This document shows, one piece after another, positions 34,941 to 44,729 of a DNA stretch of 44,729 bases. Origin of the DNA: Nemertoderma westbladi. Taxonomy: Eukaryota > Animalia > Xenacoelomorpha. The stretch is taken from assembly GCA_032718475.1 (NCBI GenBank), contig JAUCBJ010002095.1, forward strand, positions 1 to 44,729, written 5' to 3'. Both the position numbers and the translations under genes were made by a program. The notes beneath the pieces were generated by a model, which was given only the letters and a program-made list of their open reading frames with translations, was not told the origin of the DNA and did no database searches. Every line of letters starts with the position of its first letter. The first letter of the stretch is position 1.

Positions 34941-37912
34941 ATAACGCTTCTGAAAATGACTTACAATATGGGACAGAACCCAACAATTCAATTTTATCAC
35001 GACAAAATTGGAATGAATTTCAACCTAAATTTTCTATTGGCCTTTTGAACGTTGAGGGTTTGCTTTCTAAGCTAGAGGATCCAAATTTTTGTGATGTTAT
35101 AAATAGGTACGATTTTTTCATCTGCACTGAGACATGGCTGAACCCATCAGCTAAGAAAAAAGTTTTTCTAGCAGGTTATGAATCTTTCTCTGCTACCAGA
35201 GCCACAAAGCATCCAAATGCTAAACGTTTTGATGGCGGGGTAACTATTTTAGTAAAAAACATCTTAGCCAGTTTCATTTCTCCGTTTGATGGTCTGGATA
35301 GTGAATACATAGTGGGTTTAAAATTAGACGCAAATAAGTTACACATTGAACGCGATATTATTCTGTTCTCAGTTTATATCCCGCCTTCCGGTTCACATGC
35401 TGGTGCAGGTGACCCATCATCTCTCTTTGACATTCTGCAGGATGTTATTGCCAGTTATAGTAGTGGTAGTGATGTTATTGTAGTGGGAGACTTTAATGGT
35501 AGGACAGGGACCGAACCAGATTACATAATTGGGGATGCCATTACAACAGGTGCGCTTGACAGTCTACTGCCTCCAGACTACTCATACGACGATGGTGACT
35601 TTGTGTTGTCAAGCATCCAGAAGGTTAGAGTAAACCAGGACAAGGTAGTTAATAATTTCGGACATAGACTCTTATCACTGTGTATGTCAACAGGGTTGCG
35701 TATCCTGAATGGCAGGATGGATAAAGATGCAACTGTCGGCAAGTGTACTTTCCATTCGGTAGGAAATAATATGACACGTAGGTCCACAATTGACTATGTT
35801 CTTTGCTCAAAGGATTTGCTTGGTAGATGTTCCTCATTTTCCATTGACGACCCAAATATTTTTTCCCACCACTCATTACTTTCTGCATCATTTGTAGAAC
35901 AGTCCGCTACAATCTCTGATGCAGAACATGAGGACATAACAGACTATAGAGTAGAGAATAGTGAAGTGAATAATAGAACTAGTAAGCTAATATGGAAGGA
36001 CTCCCGTAAACAAGCCTTTGTAAGTGACCTTGAATCAGTGGACATGCAATCGCGTTTGGGGGACATTCAGGATTCTCTGACAGGTGGTATCTATTCAGCC
36101 GACTTAATTGAAAGTGCGACCCAACTGTTGTGTGACTGCATCACAGATACCGCAACTAAGTATTTTAAGGTTAGAGGTAATAACAATAGCAGTATGCATA
36201 CTATCGATGCACCTTGGTATAATGACGAGTGTCGTGAACGACTGCACGATTTTCGTAGAGCCCTTAATCATTGGCGTACCAGTAAATCGCCTGAATCGTT
36301 TACAATCCTATCAAAATCTCGTAGTATCTATCATAGAACATTGCATCAATCTAAGGCACAATTCCGGCTGGATCAGTCTAATAAGTTGGAATCCTTGAGA
36401 TGTTCAGAATCTAAAAAATTCTGGAAACTGTTAGCTAAGGCGTCTGGAAATTCTAGTTCTGCAGGCAGTACTAATAAACTTACACTCAAGGATTTTGAGA
36501 CCCATTTTCGTAGTTTAATCGACACGTCATCCACTTTTCAGGATATGGGCATCGAACCCGATCCTGAAATTGATCTTCAGTTCAGTAGATCCATCCTTGA
36601 AGGCGAAGCGTCACAACCAATTTCCCTAGACGAACTCATTTCCGCAGTTAGTAAATTGAAACGCAACAAAGCTCCCGGTGTAGATCTTCTCTTATCCGAG
36701 TTTTTCATTGAGGCCAAGGAAGCTCTATTCCCTACAATCCATACTCTTTTTAATGCTGTATTGTATTCTGGACACTTCCCGCGTGCTTGGACAACTGCAT
36801 TGGTCACCCCAATTTATAAAAAGAAAGGCAGCAGCTTAGATACAAACAATTACCGCGGTATATCGTTGCTTAGTACTCTTGGTAAACTGTTTACAACCAT
36901 ATTGAACACACACTTGTTATGGTGGTCAGAAGGTCTTGGTATTATTATTGAGTCGCAGGCGGGTTTCCGTCCAGGATATTCCACCTCTGATCACATTTTT
37001 GTTCTTCATGGTCTAGTTGAATATTTCACATCTGGAAAACACGGTCACAATAAATTATACACAGCCTTTGTGGATTTCAAGAAGGCTTTCGATTCAGTAG
37101 ATCGCAACGCACTGTGGATCAAACTCAGCTCACTTGGATTTAAGGGCAAAATATTCGATATTATTAGGGACATGTACAGTACAAGTCAGTAAAGGCTAGT
37201 GTACAGTGGGATGGGGAGATTTCGGATAGTTTTGACTGTCTGCTAGGCGTTATGCAGGGAGAATATTTGTCTCCTATTTTATTTGCTTTATTCTTAAATG
37301 ATTTGGAACTAGAACTAGCAAGAGGAGGTTTCCCTGGTCTGGATTTTTCCTATTTCCGTTTATATCTTCTCCTGTACGCGGACGATGCTGTTCTAGTAGC
37401 AAATAGCAGAGAAGGTCTTCAATGTGCACTTGATATTCTGGGTCACTATACAGACTACTGGGCTCTTAAGGTTAACTTGGATAAAACAAATATAATTATC
37501 TTCCGACGCGGTGGGACCTCTGCAGTACTAGACAGATGGACATATAAGGGATGCCCTGTGAAGGTTGTCTCGTCATATACCTATTTAGGGGTTGAGTTCT
37601 CTTCCTCAGGAAGCTTCTTTGTCGCACAGAAGTCCCTTGCATCGAAAGCCAATAAAGCTCTGTTTTCTCTATACAAGTACTTAAGCCATTTTTTGAACAT
37701 TTCATTTGACCTTCGTATAAAACTATTCTCAACTCTTATAATACCAATTTTGAACTACGGTGCAGAAGTTTGGGGTTTTCACGCAGGGAGATAGATTGAA
37801 CGAGTCCAACTATCTTTTCTTAAAAGCATAATTGGTGTGAAATCGAGTACACCGAATTTTATGGTATACGGCGAGTCAGGTGTAATTCCATTGGCTGTTT
37901 GCAGGAAATTTA
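34886..37912 (+). pseudogene. LINE ORF2 (APE endonuclease + reverse transcriptase), disrupted
   Basis: APE motifs LLNVEGL, CTETWL, VGDFNGRTG, TIDYVL and FSHH (canonical SDH altered). RT motifs KAPGVD, NYRGISLL, QAGFR, FVDFKKAFDSV, QGEYLSPILF, LLYADD and YTYLG. Frameshift near 37190 and a stop at 37792. Confidence 0.93.
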
Positions 37913-38039
37913 TTATAGAATTATATTCCCTAAATGCCGTGGATTTTCAAAATTTTATTTTATTCGAATTAACTTTGTAAAGATTGCTTTGAGTTCTCAT
38001 TAGTATTGGTTCTATCTATTATGCATCTATCGGTCAAGT

Positions 38040-38115
38040 GGTTCAGTAGCTCAGTTGGTAGAGCGTTGGAAATTATATGTGTAGTAGGTATCGAGTTCGA
38101 ATCCTAGTAAGTGCG
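38040..38115 (+). other. tRNA-like sequence (pseudo-tRNA / Pol III A+B boxes)
   Basis: TAGCTCAGTTGGTAGAGC D-arm and GAGTTCGAATC T-loop are present, but the anticodon and acceptor stems do not pair properly. Confidence 0.6.
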
Positions 38116-38596
38116 AATTATTTTTTGTGCAGAATTTCAACTCATTTAAATTAACCGCTACAAATTAATTGCATTTGTCTGTACCAATAAGGCTGTAGTT
38201 ATTTGATTGTAACCAATGTCGTGCAAGTTATATATTAGCTGGACCAATAAGCTATCTTTAAGGGGGGGGTACACCCCCCCTGGGTCAAAATTTTCAGATT
38301 TTTGTTTTTTATTTCACTTAGAGCAGAATTTAATGAGGATTTCAAATCTGAAAACGGCTTAGCGATACCTCTTTTAGTTCTGGAGTTATAGCCGTTTGTC
38401 CGTTCATATGTCTGTCATTCTGTCCAACAATATATAAGAAACCATATGACTTACTCATATTTTCGTTTTGGCAGTTGTTATTGGCGTTGACTTCATTTCC
38501 GAAGTTAGTTTTGATGTTTGGTGGAATCAAGTCCATCTATCTGTCTTCCTGCCTGGTTGTCTGTTCGTGTGTCTGTCTGTCTGTTTGTGTGTATAT

Positions 38597-39216
38597 AGAC
38601 ATATAGACCTATAAACTGACATAAAGACGGACAGACAGACCAACCGACAATGTGAAGTCAGAAATAAAAACTGAGATCGGAAATGAAATCGGCGACCTGG
38701 AAAACCCCTGTAACAAAAATTTTGGCGAGGTTGCGTGCTTTCTTATGTTTTGACATATAGACCTATAAACTGACATAAAGACGGACAGACAGACCAACCG
38801 ACAATGTGAAGTCAGAAATAAAAACTGAGATCGGAAATGAAATCGGCGACCTGGAAAACCCCTGTAACAAAAATTTTGGCGAGGTTGCGTGCTTTCTTAT
38901 GTTTTGACATATAGACCTATAAACTGACATAAAGACGGACAGACAGACCAACCGACAATGTGAAGTCAGAAATAAAAACTGAGATCGGAAATGAAATCGG
39001 CAACCTGGAAAACCCCTGTAACAAAAATTTTGGCGAGGTTGCGTGCTTTCTTATGTTTTGACATATAGACCTATAAACTGACATAAAGACGGACAGACAG
39101 ACAGACCGACAATGTGAAGTCAGAAATAAAAAGTGAGATTGGAAATGAAATCAGCGACCTGGAAAACCCCCATAACGAAAATTTTAGTGAGGCGGCGTGC
39201 TTCCTTATTTAGAGAC
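38597..39216. repeat. 154-bp tandem repeat, ~4 copies, inside the Kolobok-like element
   Basis: Near-identical units; track ORFs 38609 and 38763 are identical and 154 bp apart. Each unit has a GACA microsatellite seed. Confidence 0.95.
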
Positions 39217-39639
39217 ATAAATTTGACAGACAGACAGACAGACAGACAGAAAAACAGAAATAGACACCAGAAAGTTTAATTGCGTTTTTCTCAACTTTAT
39301 AATTTTGCACTAAAATAGCTTTTATTCAGCCATTTCTTGGCGAAATTTAAAAATTTTTTTTTTCCCTGAAAGGTCCCACGGAGACGCAACTTTCCATAAG
39401 AGGAATTTTTAAAATTTGGCCTATTTCGTCTTTTATGGTACTTGGAGCTCCTACAACACCTAAAAATTTATTAATATACACGTGGACTGCGACCTAGAGC
39501 AGATATCAAAAAATCCTCTTATGGAATTTTAAAGTTACTCAAGGTGATTATAGCGCAAAAAAATTTTTTGAAAAATATTGGGAATTGGTGGAGAAATTTC
39601 GTTTCAAAAAATGTATCTCTATTTTTGTGATTATTGCTG

Positions 39640-39658
39640 TGGCGCCCCCTAGCGGCCA
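39640..39658 (-). promoter_or_regulatory. CTCF-like binding motif
   Basis: Minus strand TGGCCGCTAGGGGGCGCCA closely matches the CTCF core consensus TGGCCASYAGRGGGCGCY in an otherwise AT-rich context. Confidence 0.5.
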
Positions 39659-40945
39659 AAATTGTTGATTTTTTTTATTTCAGTTAAAACCAGTTTTTAT
39701 TCCTCTATCCGATGATATATAGAGGTATGGCGTGCCGCCTATATTTTTGAAGATATATAACATTATAAAAATGTTGGTATTGGGGGGTGTACCCCCCCCT
39801 TAAAACCTTGTTAGAACCCATAGAACAATCGAGAATTTTCTCGATTGATTGCAGCACAAATTTAGTATATAAAGGTGCGATTCGTTCATTAGTTATTCAC
39901 AATCTTTCACAATCTATCACAATCAATCTCAATCTTATATCTATACTTCTCAGATTTATTCTGTCGTGCTTAGTTTATTCTCAGATTACATTGTATTATA
40001 ATTGTGTCTTCTGTAATAAAGTCAGAATATTCTCTCAGCTTTTCTGTTTTACTATGGTTTCACTACGGTGAACAAACTCAGGGACAGGATGGCCGGCTAG
40101 AGATCGGGCCGCAGCAATGAACGGGAACATCACGGGAATGTAGACGAGAGACAACCCGCAATACCATTTAAAGTTATTCGCCCATCGCCTGAAAGGTTAG
40201 ACAGCGTTCGATCCTTGCTACCTAAGTGTAAGACCAAAAGATCAACAGGTAGACGTAGTGACACGCTGTAAGCCCAAAATTACATCATAGGGACTGTACT
40301 GTCTTGATTCAGGAAAACCCACAGTAGACCTTCACATTCCTACGGGAGGGAGAGAGAGCAGATACTAGTACGCAGATAGGACGTAGGCACACCGGTACAA
40401 GGCATACACATTGGTTAGGGTGCAGCAAACTGTATGCTTAACTCTTGCTAAGTACAGGTGTGTGTGCGACTATTTGCCGTACAACGGTGTCCATTACATC
40501 AGAACTTGTAGGCTAGGGGGGTTGCTGTGTTTTCACCTGAATGGGGATTGTACCGTTCAGGCGGTAGGGCAGTTTACGCTAGGCGCAAATAAATTGAGGC
40601 TATCAGGGATATACTAACATCTACCGTGTCCCCGCCAAAGCCCTAATAGGAAGTTACCCGGACTACCTGGGTGACTAAAATTCTAGATAGGAGCCAGGAT
40701 AGCTATTAGTACCCGTACGCCTACAGTAGTAAACTAACACATCTCTTCTTAGTATCAGGGACCTGGTACCTAAAATTGCCGAATTCTGGGCGTAGTATTA
40801 ACCTTATGCCTGAATTTGAGTCCTGGAAATACGCAAGAGGGGAAGGAACCTTACCATTCGTGAGTATTGGACCTACAAGTTACAAAATTAGAATATTCGT
40901 AAATGCACACCGTACCCAGTAATTATATATGTGAAGGAGCAAAAC

Positions 40946-43900
40946 TGTTTTGACCGTTCAGAATTAACACACGCGCGTTAGAAATTATTTACACCTCGAA
41001 ATATATAAAATTAACTTAGTCCGTACTGTGCTTTGCCCGCTAGTTAGACATCTCCAAATATCTGCTCTGTACCTAGCTAGCGTCCCTTTGCCCAACCATA
41101 TAAATCACACAGCGGCAAAGTATACGAGCCTCTTAGTCCGTCAGTGAGTCAGCCTGATTTTAGGATTCGCTGCGCGGGATTTGTTTTATCGAAGTTTGTC
41201 TGCTCGTAGACTGTTTTCTGCCTCACCGGTTATAAGAGATCGATACTGCAATATATTCGCTTACTTAGGTTTACTGTTTTGGTGAGAAGGTCGGATTTAT
41301 GATTTGATTTACAAACTTTACAGTAGGATATTGCAGGTATTGTTACCGTCTCTTCCGATAGTAGGAATAGGCGTATCTCTTCAATTAGTAGGAATGTGTT
41401 TTACTGAACTACGGTTCGGTAGGACTAAAGTTATTTGAAAATTTTGTATTTTGAGGTAAAATTTTGTATTTGATTAGCTAAGTGCTAATTTTTTGAAATA
41501 AAATTTGATTTGAACCGCGTGTAAAATATTTTTGGAATTGAATACCGGTGTTTAAAGGGGTTTAAATACCATATTGTACCGGTACAAAAATTTTCGTAAA
41601 AGTAAAACCTAACTCTTTTGTTTTTCAGGATTCAGAACTCATTTCTAGACTGTAACGGGAGCAAGACCGTGTTTAGCAAGTTTGGGAGATAGATAACTCA
41701 ACAACTTTGGTTGGGAAAATCGCGTTTCGTCCGCAACGTTAAAAACGGAAAGGTTCACGTTCGGTTTGTATCTGGGAATCTGTTTTTCTGGAGAATTATT
41801 GGAGTGGGTGAGTTCGAAAAGTTGCATAAATAAGTTAGGCATTACCGTATTAGTTAAAATTATTGTGGGTTCCACTGTCTCAAGTATTTATGCATTCCGT
41901 ATGATTTCTTTGTTCATTGCTGAATTAGTCCGTATTATTGTATTTAATTTACCTTTTGATAACGCATATCGTTATCCGATTTATTTGTTATAAAATTGGC
42001 CGCTAGGCTAATTTTATTATATACTTATTCCGTGACATTTATTTGCTGTAAAATTGGCCGTTTAGGCTAATTTTATCCATCTGCTATAAAATCGGCCGGT
42101 AGGCTAATTTTATATGACTGTAATTAGTACCGTCTTATACAAATACGGTAAACTCGATACTTTGACACTCACTTCACTTGACTTACAACTACCGAAATGA
42201 GTGACAAACAAGACTATACGAAGAATACACAAACCGACTATGACTCATGTGACGCGGATAAGTCAGCAGCGGAAGAACCACAGGGGAAGACTCGCGAGCC
42301 TACCGAACCTACACCGTGTGCGTCACCAGTACATCCAACGGGAGTACCGGATGCCGTAGTACGAGGCGACGGCAGGACCGAGGACTTTCTAACTGTTCCG
42401 CAACCTAGATACAGGGAAACGGAAATGGTAAGTTCAGCAGGAAGCACAGAGAGCGTGGTTAGAAGCGTCGGTGGTTACATGGCGCATATAACCAGGAGTA
42501 TTGGAGAAGGCCAACGCATATTAGACGGGTTGACCGCTCCGATGTCTCGATTCGAGTTCTACACCCTCCAGGTTAGAGTACAGAGTAAAGTATATAAGTC
42601 CGTAGATAATCTAGTTGGCCTACAAGATCTAGCTAGACAGAGACAGGACATGGATACCCAACTTAGAATCCTCGAGAAACTAATGATCACTAGAGAGAAA
42701 CTGATTCAGTTTAAGTCGACGATTAGACAGATACAACAGGAACAAGCGGACCAGTTGTTAGGTGAGTCAGTTTCGGACGAATTATTACAGCCCGAGGAAG
42801 AACAGGAACTGTACCGACTGGATGGACAATTGAAACATCTGACGGACCACTTACGTATGTGCGGCGAAGACGTCGGCGATTTGGAAACCGTGCCGGAATA
42901 TACGAGGGAAACTTCACCCGTACGAATCGAATCGGCACCGGGAATACTGGATCAATCTCTGGTGAGTATTCGTAGCGAAATCGGCGAGGGAAGTATGGCT
43001 ACGTCAGAAATTGCTCGACAACAACAGCTCTGCAGACAACAACAGGAGATGGAGGAACAAACTCAACTTCTAATGCTACAAGCAGCAGTAGAAGAAGAGA
43101 AGCTACGCGTTGCAAATATAGCAAGGATCTCCCACCTGCAAGAACAAGCCGAGTTGGAAGCAGCCGAGATGGAAAGGTTAGAGTTGGACATTGCGCAACA
43201 AACAGCAGCAGCGGCAGCGGCTGAGTCAGAGCGACAAGCGGCAACGGCTGAGTCAGAGCGACAAGCGGCAGCGGCAGCGGCAGCGGCAGAGTTGGAGAGA
43301 AACCGGGTAGTTTTAGAAGCCAGAGCAGAAATGAAGACACGGCAAATAAAGGCCCAGTCAGCTATACGACAAGCGGAACTCGAGGCGCAACAACAACAAA
43401 CGGAGCAACGCGAGAAAGAAGTTAAACTTCGTTTCGAACTCGAGAAGAAGGCGAGAGAATTAGCCAACGCCAAGGAAGACCTGGATCTACAAGCCCGCGA
43501 TCGATCGATGAGATCTCGTGCCGGACATGATTTGGACCAGTTAGAGGTAAGACATCGCCAAATTCAGGAACGAAAGAAGGAAGGAAGCGTAGGAGCACCC
43601 GGACGGGAACGACAATTAGTAAAAGACGTGTGTCAACGATTCCCACAGGTAACTCATATGTTTGCACCGGTTACTACTAAGGAACCTATTTCGATTGCTG
43701 GTAGCAGCGATATCTCTCCTATCCATGGTGTGACGGAACACAGGTTTGTTATTCCGGACAAGTTTACACCGCCAAGAGCAACGTCGTCGCCTATTCCGAG
43801 AGTCAAGGTAAGTAACCCACCGATTACAGATCGTAGTAGTTTATTAGTCGGACCTGCACTACTGACGACAAAACAGGTGAGTACACCTTTGACACCTAAA

Positions 43901-44729
43901 CCCGTTACGCACTACGATTACCCAATGACATTTCGGCCTACAAGGCCTTTGGATTCAAACGCGGTCGTCCGACCACCGTTCAACAGTTTACATCGCAATC
44001 TACGACTTCGAGGAAGACTTGTGAGCCTACCGAACAACGGAGAAACAGTGGAGACGCGACCATTCAACCAGTTTACATCGCAATCTACGACTTCGAGGAA
44101 GACTTGTGAGCCTACCGAACAACGGAGATCAGTAGACGATGTTCCGAAACGAGCCGTTAGAATTCGAACGACGCAACGGACGCGAGCACGTCGACCACCA
44201 TATCCAGATGATAGTAGTACTTCGAGCGAATCGGATTACCCGAAACGCGAGGTATTTAGAACAGGGGCGGCCGATGAATATAAACGCGAGCGTTCAGACA
44301 ACTCCTTTGCAGACAATCCTCCACAGAATACACCAACACAGAAGGCGTTACAACCAACGGACGCAATTAGTACACAACAGTTCGCCGACATTCTGCGACC
44401 AGTTGTCAACAAGTTGGCTCAGATCGAGGAGCGTCTGGAGGAAGTTCAAACCGATAGTTCGAGGAACACCGAATTCGAACACAATAGACACCCGAAGGGA
44501 CCACAAAGACCGGTACCTTCAAACCCCACATCGTATCAGGGAAAAGCGCCAAGAAGGGAGAACATCAACCAGGTTACCAACCAAGGACGCGAAACTCTGA
44601 ACGTTGCCGAGGAGATAGCGAAATTCGCAGCCAGACAGGGATTGCCGGTACAACAACCACCGAAGTTCTCCGGTAGCTCAAAACACTGGCATACCTTCGT
44701 AGACTATATTGAATCCCAGATCGCCGTGT
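40946..44729 (+). mobile_element. Bel/Pao LTR retrotransposon, 5' part (runs off window)
   Basis: Candidate LTR start TGTT at 40946 with a TATA-like catataaat at ~41098, a long leader, then a gag ORF with a Bel/Pao-type motif. The LTR 3' boundary and PBS are not resolved. Confidence 0.7.
42197..44729 (+). CDS. Bel/Pao gag(-pol) polyprotein N-terminus, partial, >=844 aa
   Basis: ATG at 42197 (MSDKQDY...) is open to the window end by manual translation. It has E/Q/A/R coiled coils and a P/S/T-rich linker, and ends GLPVQQPPKFSGSSKHWHTFVDYIESQI, the start of the DUF1759-type capsid domain. It is absent from the ORF track because it has no stop in the window. Confidence 0.85.
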   Translation, partial: MSDKQDYTKNTQTDYDSCDADKSAAEEPQGKTREPTEPTPCASPVHPTGVPDAVVRGDGRTEDFLTVPQPRYRETEMVSSAGSTESVVRSVGGYMAHITRSIGEGQRILDGLTAPMSRFEFYTLQVRVQSKVYKSVDNLVGLQDLARQRQDMDTQLRILEKLMITREKLIQFKSTIRQIQQEQADQLLGESVSDELLQPEEEQELYRLDGQLKHLTDHLRMCGEDVGDLETVPEYTRETSPVRIESAPGILDQSLVSIRSEIGEGSMATSEIARQQQLCRQQQEMEEQTQLLMLQAAVEEEKLRVANIARISHLQEQAELEAAEMERLELDIAQQTAAAAAAESERQAATAESERQAAAAAAAAELERNRVVLEARAEMKTRQIKAQSAIRQAELEAQQQQTEQREKEVKLRFELEKKARELANAKEDLDLQARDRSMRSRAGHDLDQLEVRHRQIQERKKEGSVGAPGRERQLVKDVCQRFPQVTHMFAPVTTKEPISIAGSSDISPIHGVTEHRFVIPDKFTPPRATSSPIPRVKVSNPPITDRSSLLVGPALLTTKQVSTPLTPKPVTHYDYPMTFRPTRPLDSNAVVRPPFNSLHRNLRLRGRLVSLPNNGETVETRPFNQFTSQSTTSRKTCEPTEQRRSVDDVPKRAVRIRTTQRTRARRPPYPDDSSTSSESDYPKREVFRTGAADEYKRERSDNSFADNPPQNTPTQKALQPTDAISTQQFADILRPVVNKLAQIEERLEEVQTDSSRNTEFEHNRHPKGPQRPVPSNPTSYQGKAPRRENINQVTNQGRETLNVAEEIAKFAARQGLPVQQPPKFSGSSKHWHTFVDYIESQIAV

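Larger units (their letters stand above)
32438..37912 (+). mobile_element. CR1-group (L2/Crack/Daphne-like) non-LTR retrotransposon, 5'-intact, 3'-truncated, few lesions
   Basis: ORF1 with an L1-type RRM/CTD region followed by overlapping ORF2 with APE and RT. Coding similarity ends at GVKSSTPNFMVYGESGVIPL with no 3' tail seen. The exact clade is not resolved. Confidence 0.9.
38262..39799. mobile_element. Non-autonomous Kolobok-like DNA transposon
   Basis: TTAA TSD (38258-38261 and 39800-39803) and perfect 18-bp TIR GGGGGGGGTACACCCCCC. Purine-starting termini with TTAA fit Kolobok rather than piggyBac. No ORF. Confidence 0.8.
37976..40920 (+). mobile_element. Degenerate Gypsy-like LTR element (candidate LTR 37976-40074, interrupted by a MITE, plus heavily deleted pol remnants)
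   Basis: TGTAA...AACA segment with CCAAT boxes, TATATAAA (39866) and AATAAA (40015). Downstream fragments in Gypsy order are IRPSPERLDSVRSL (RT connection), NYIIGTVLS (RNase H), HTHWLGCSKLY...YIRTC (integrase Zn-finger) and YKI. No second LTR and no clear PBS. Confidence 0.5.

Noticed and set aside
38040-38115. Functional tRNA gene
   Set aside because: D-arm and T-loop motifs are present, but the acceptor and anticodon stems do not pair.
42238-44600. Track ORFs on the minus strand and 44139-44600 on the plus strand
   Set aside because: They are shadow frames of the long gag ORF starting at 42197.

Overview
This is AT-rich, repeat-dense eukaryotic DNA, most consistent with an invertebrate metazoan. 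It is not prokaryotic and contains no CRISPR array or rRNA. Two host genes can be supported. The first is a two-exon cystinosin-like (PQ-loop) transporter, join(13450..13962,14799..15431), 381 aa, whose substrate-binding and proton-coupling residues differ strongly from canonical cystinosin. The second is the 3' part (TM4-end to C-terminus) of an aminergic class-A GPCR on the minus strand, whose 5' exons were not found in the window. The rest is mostly mobile DNA: a Penelope-like element (RT + GIY-YIG) with an inverted pseudo-LTR and hammerhead ribozyme motifs, further hammerhead-bearing Penelope relics, RTE and CR1-group LINEs, tRNA-derived SINEs, piggyBac-like and Kolobok-like TTAA MITEs, other MITEs, a 3.7-kb 63-bp satellite with higher-order structure, a degenerate Gypsy-like element, and a Bel/Pao element whose gag ORF (42197 to window end) is missing from the supplied ORF track. 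All calls come from manual motif reading and recalled family consensus. No database search was run. I do not see clear evidence of a wholly new system; the best leads are the divergent cystinosin paralog, the hybrid-looking aminergic receptor and the Penelope inversion architecture.
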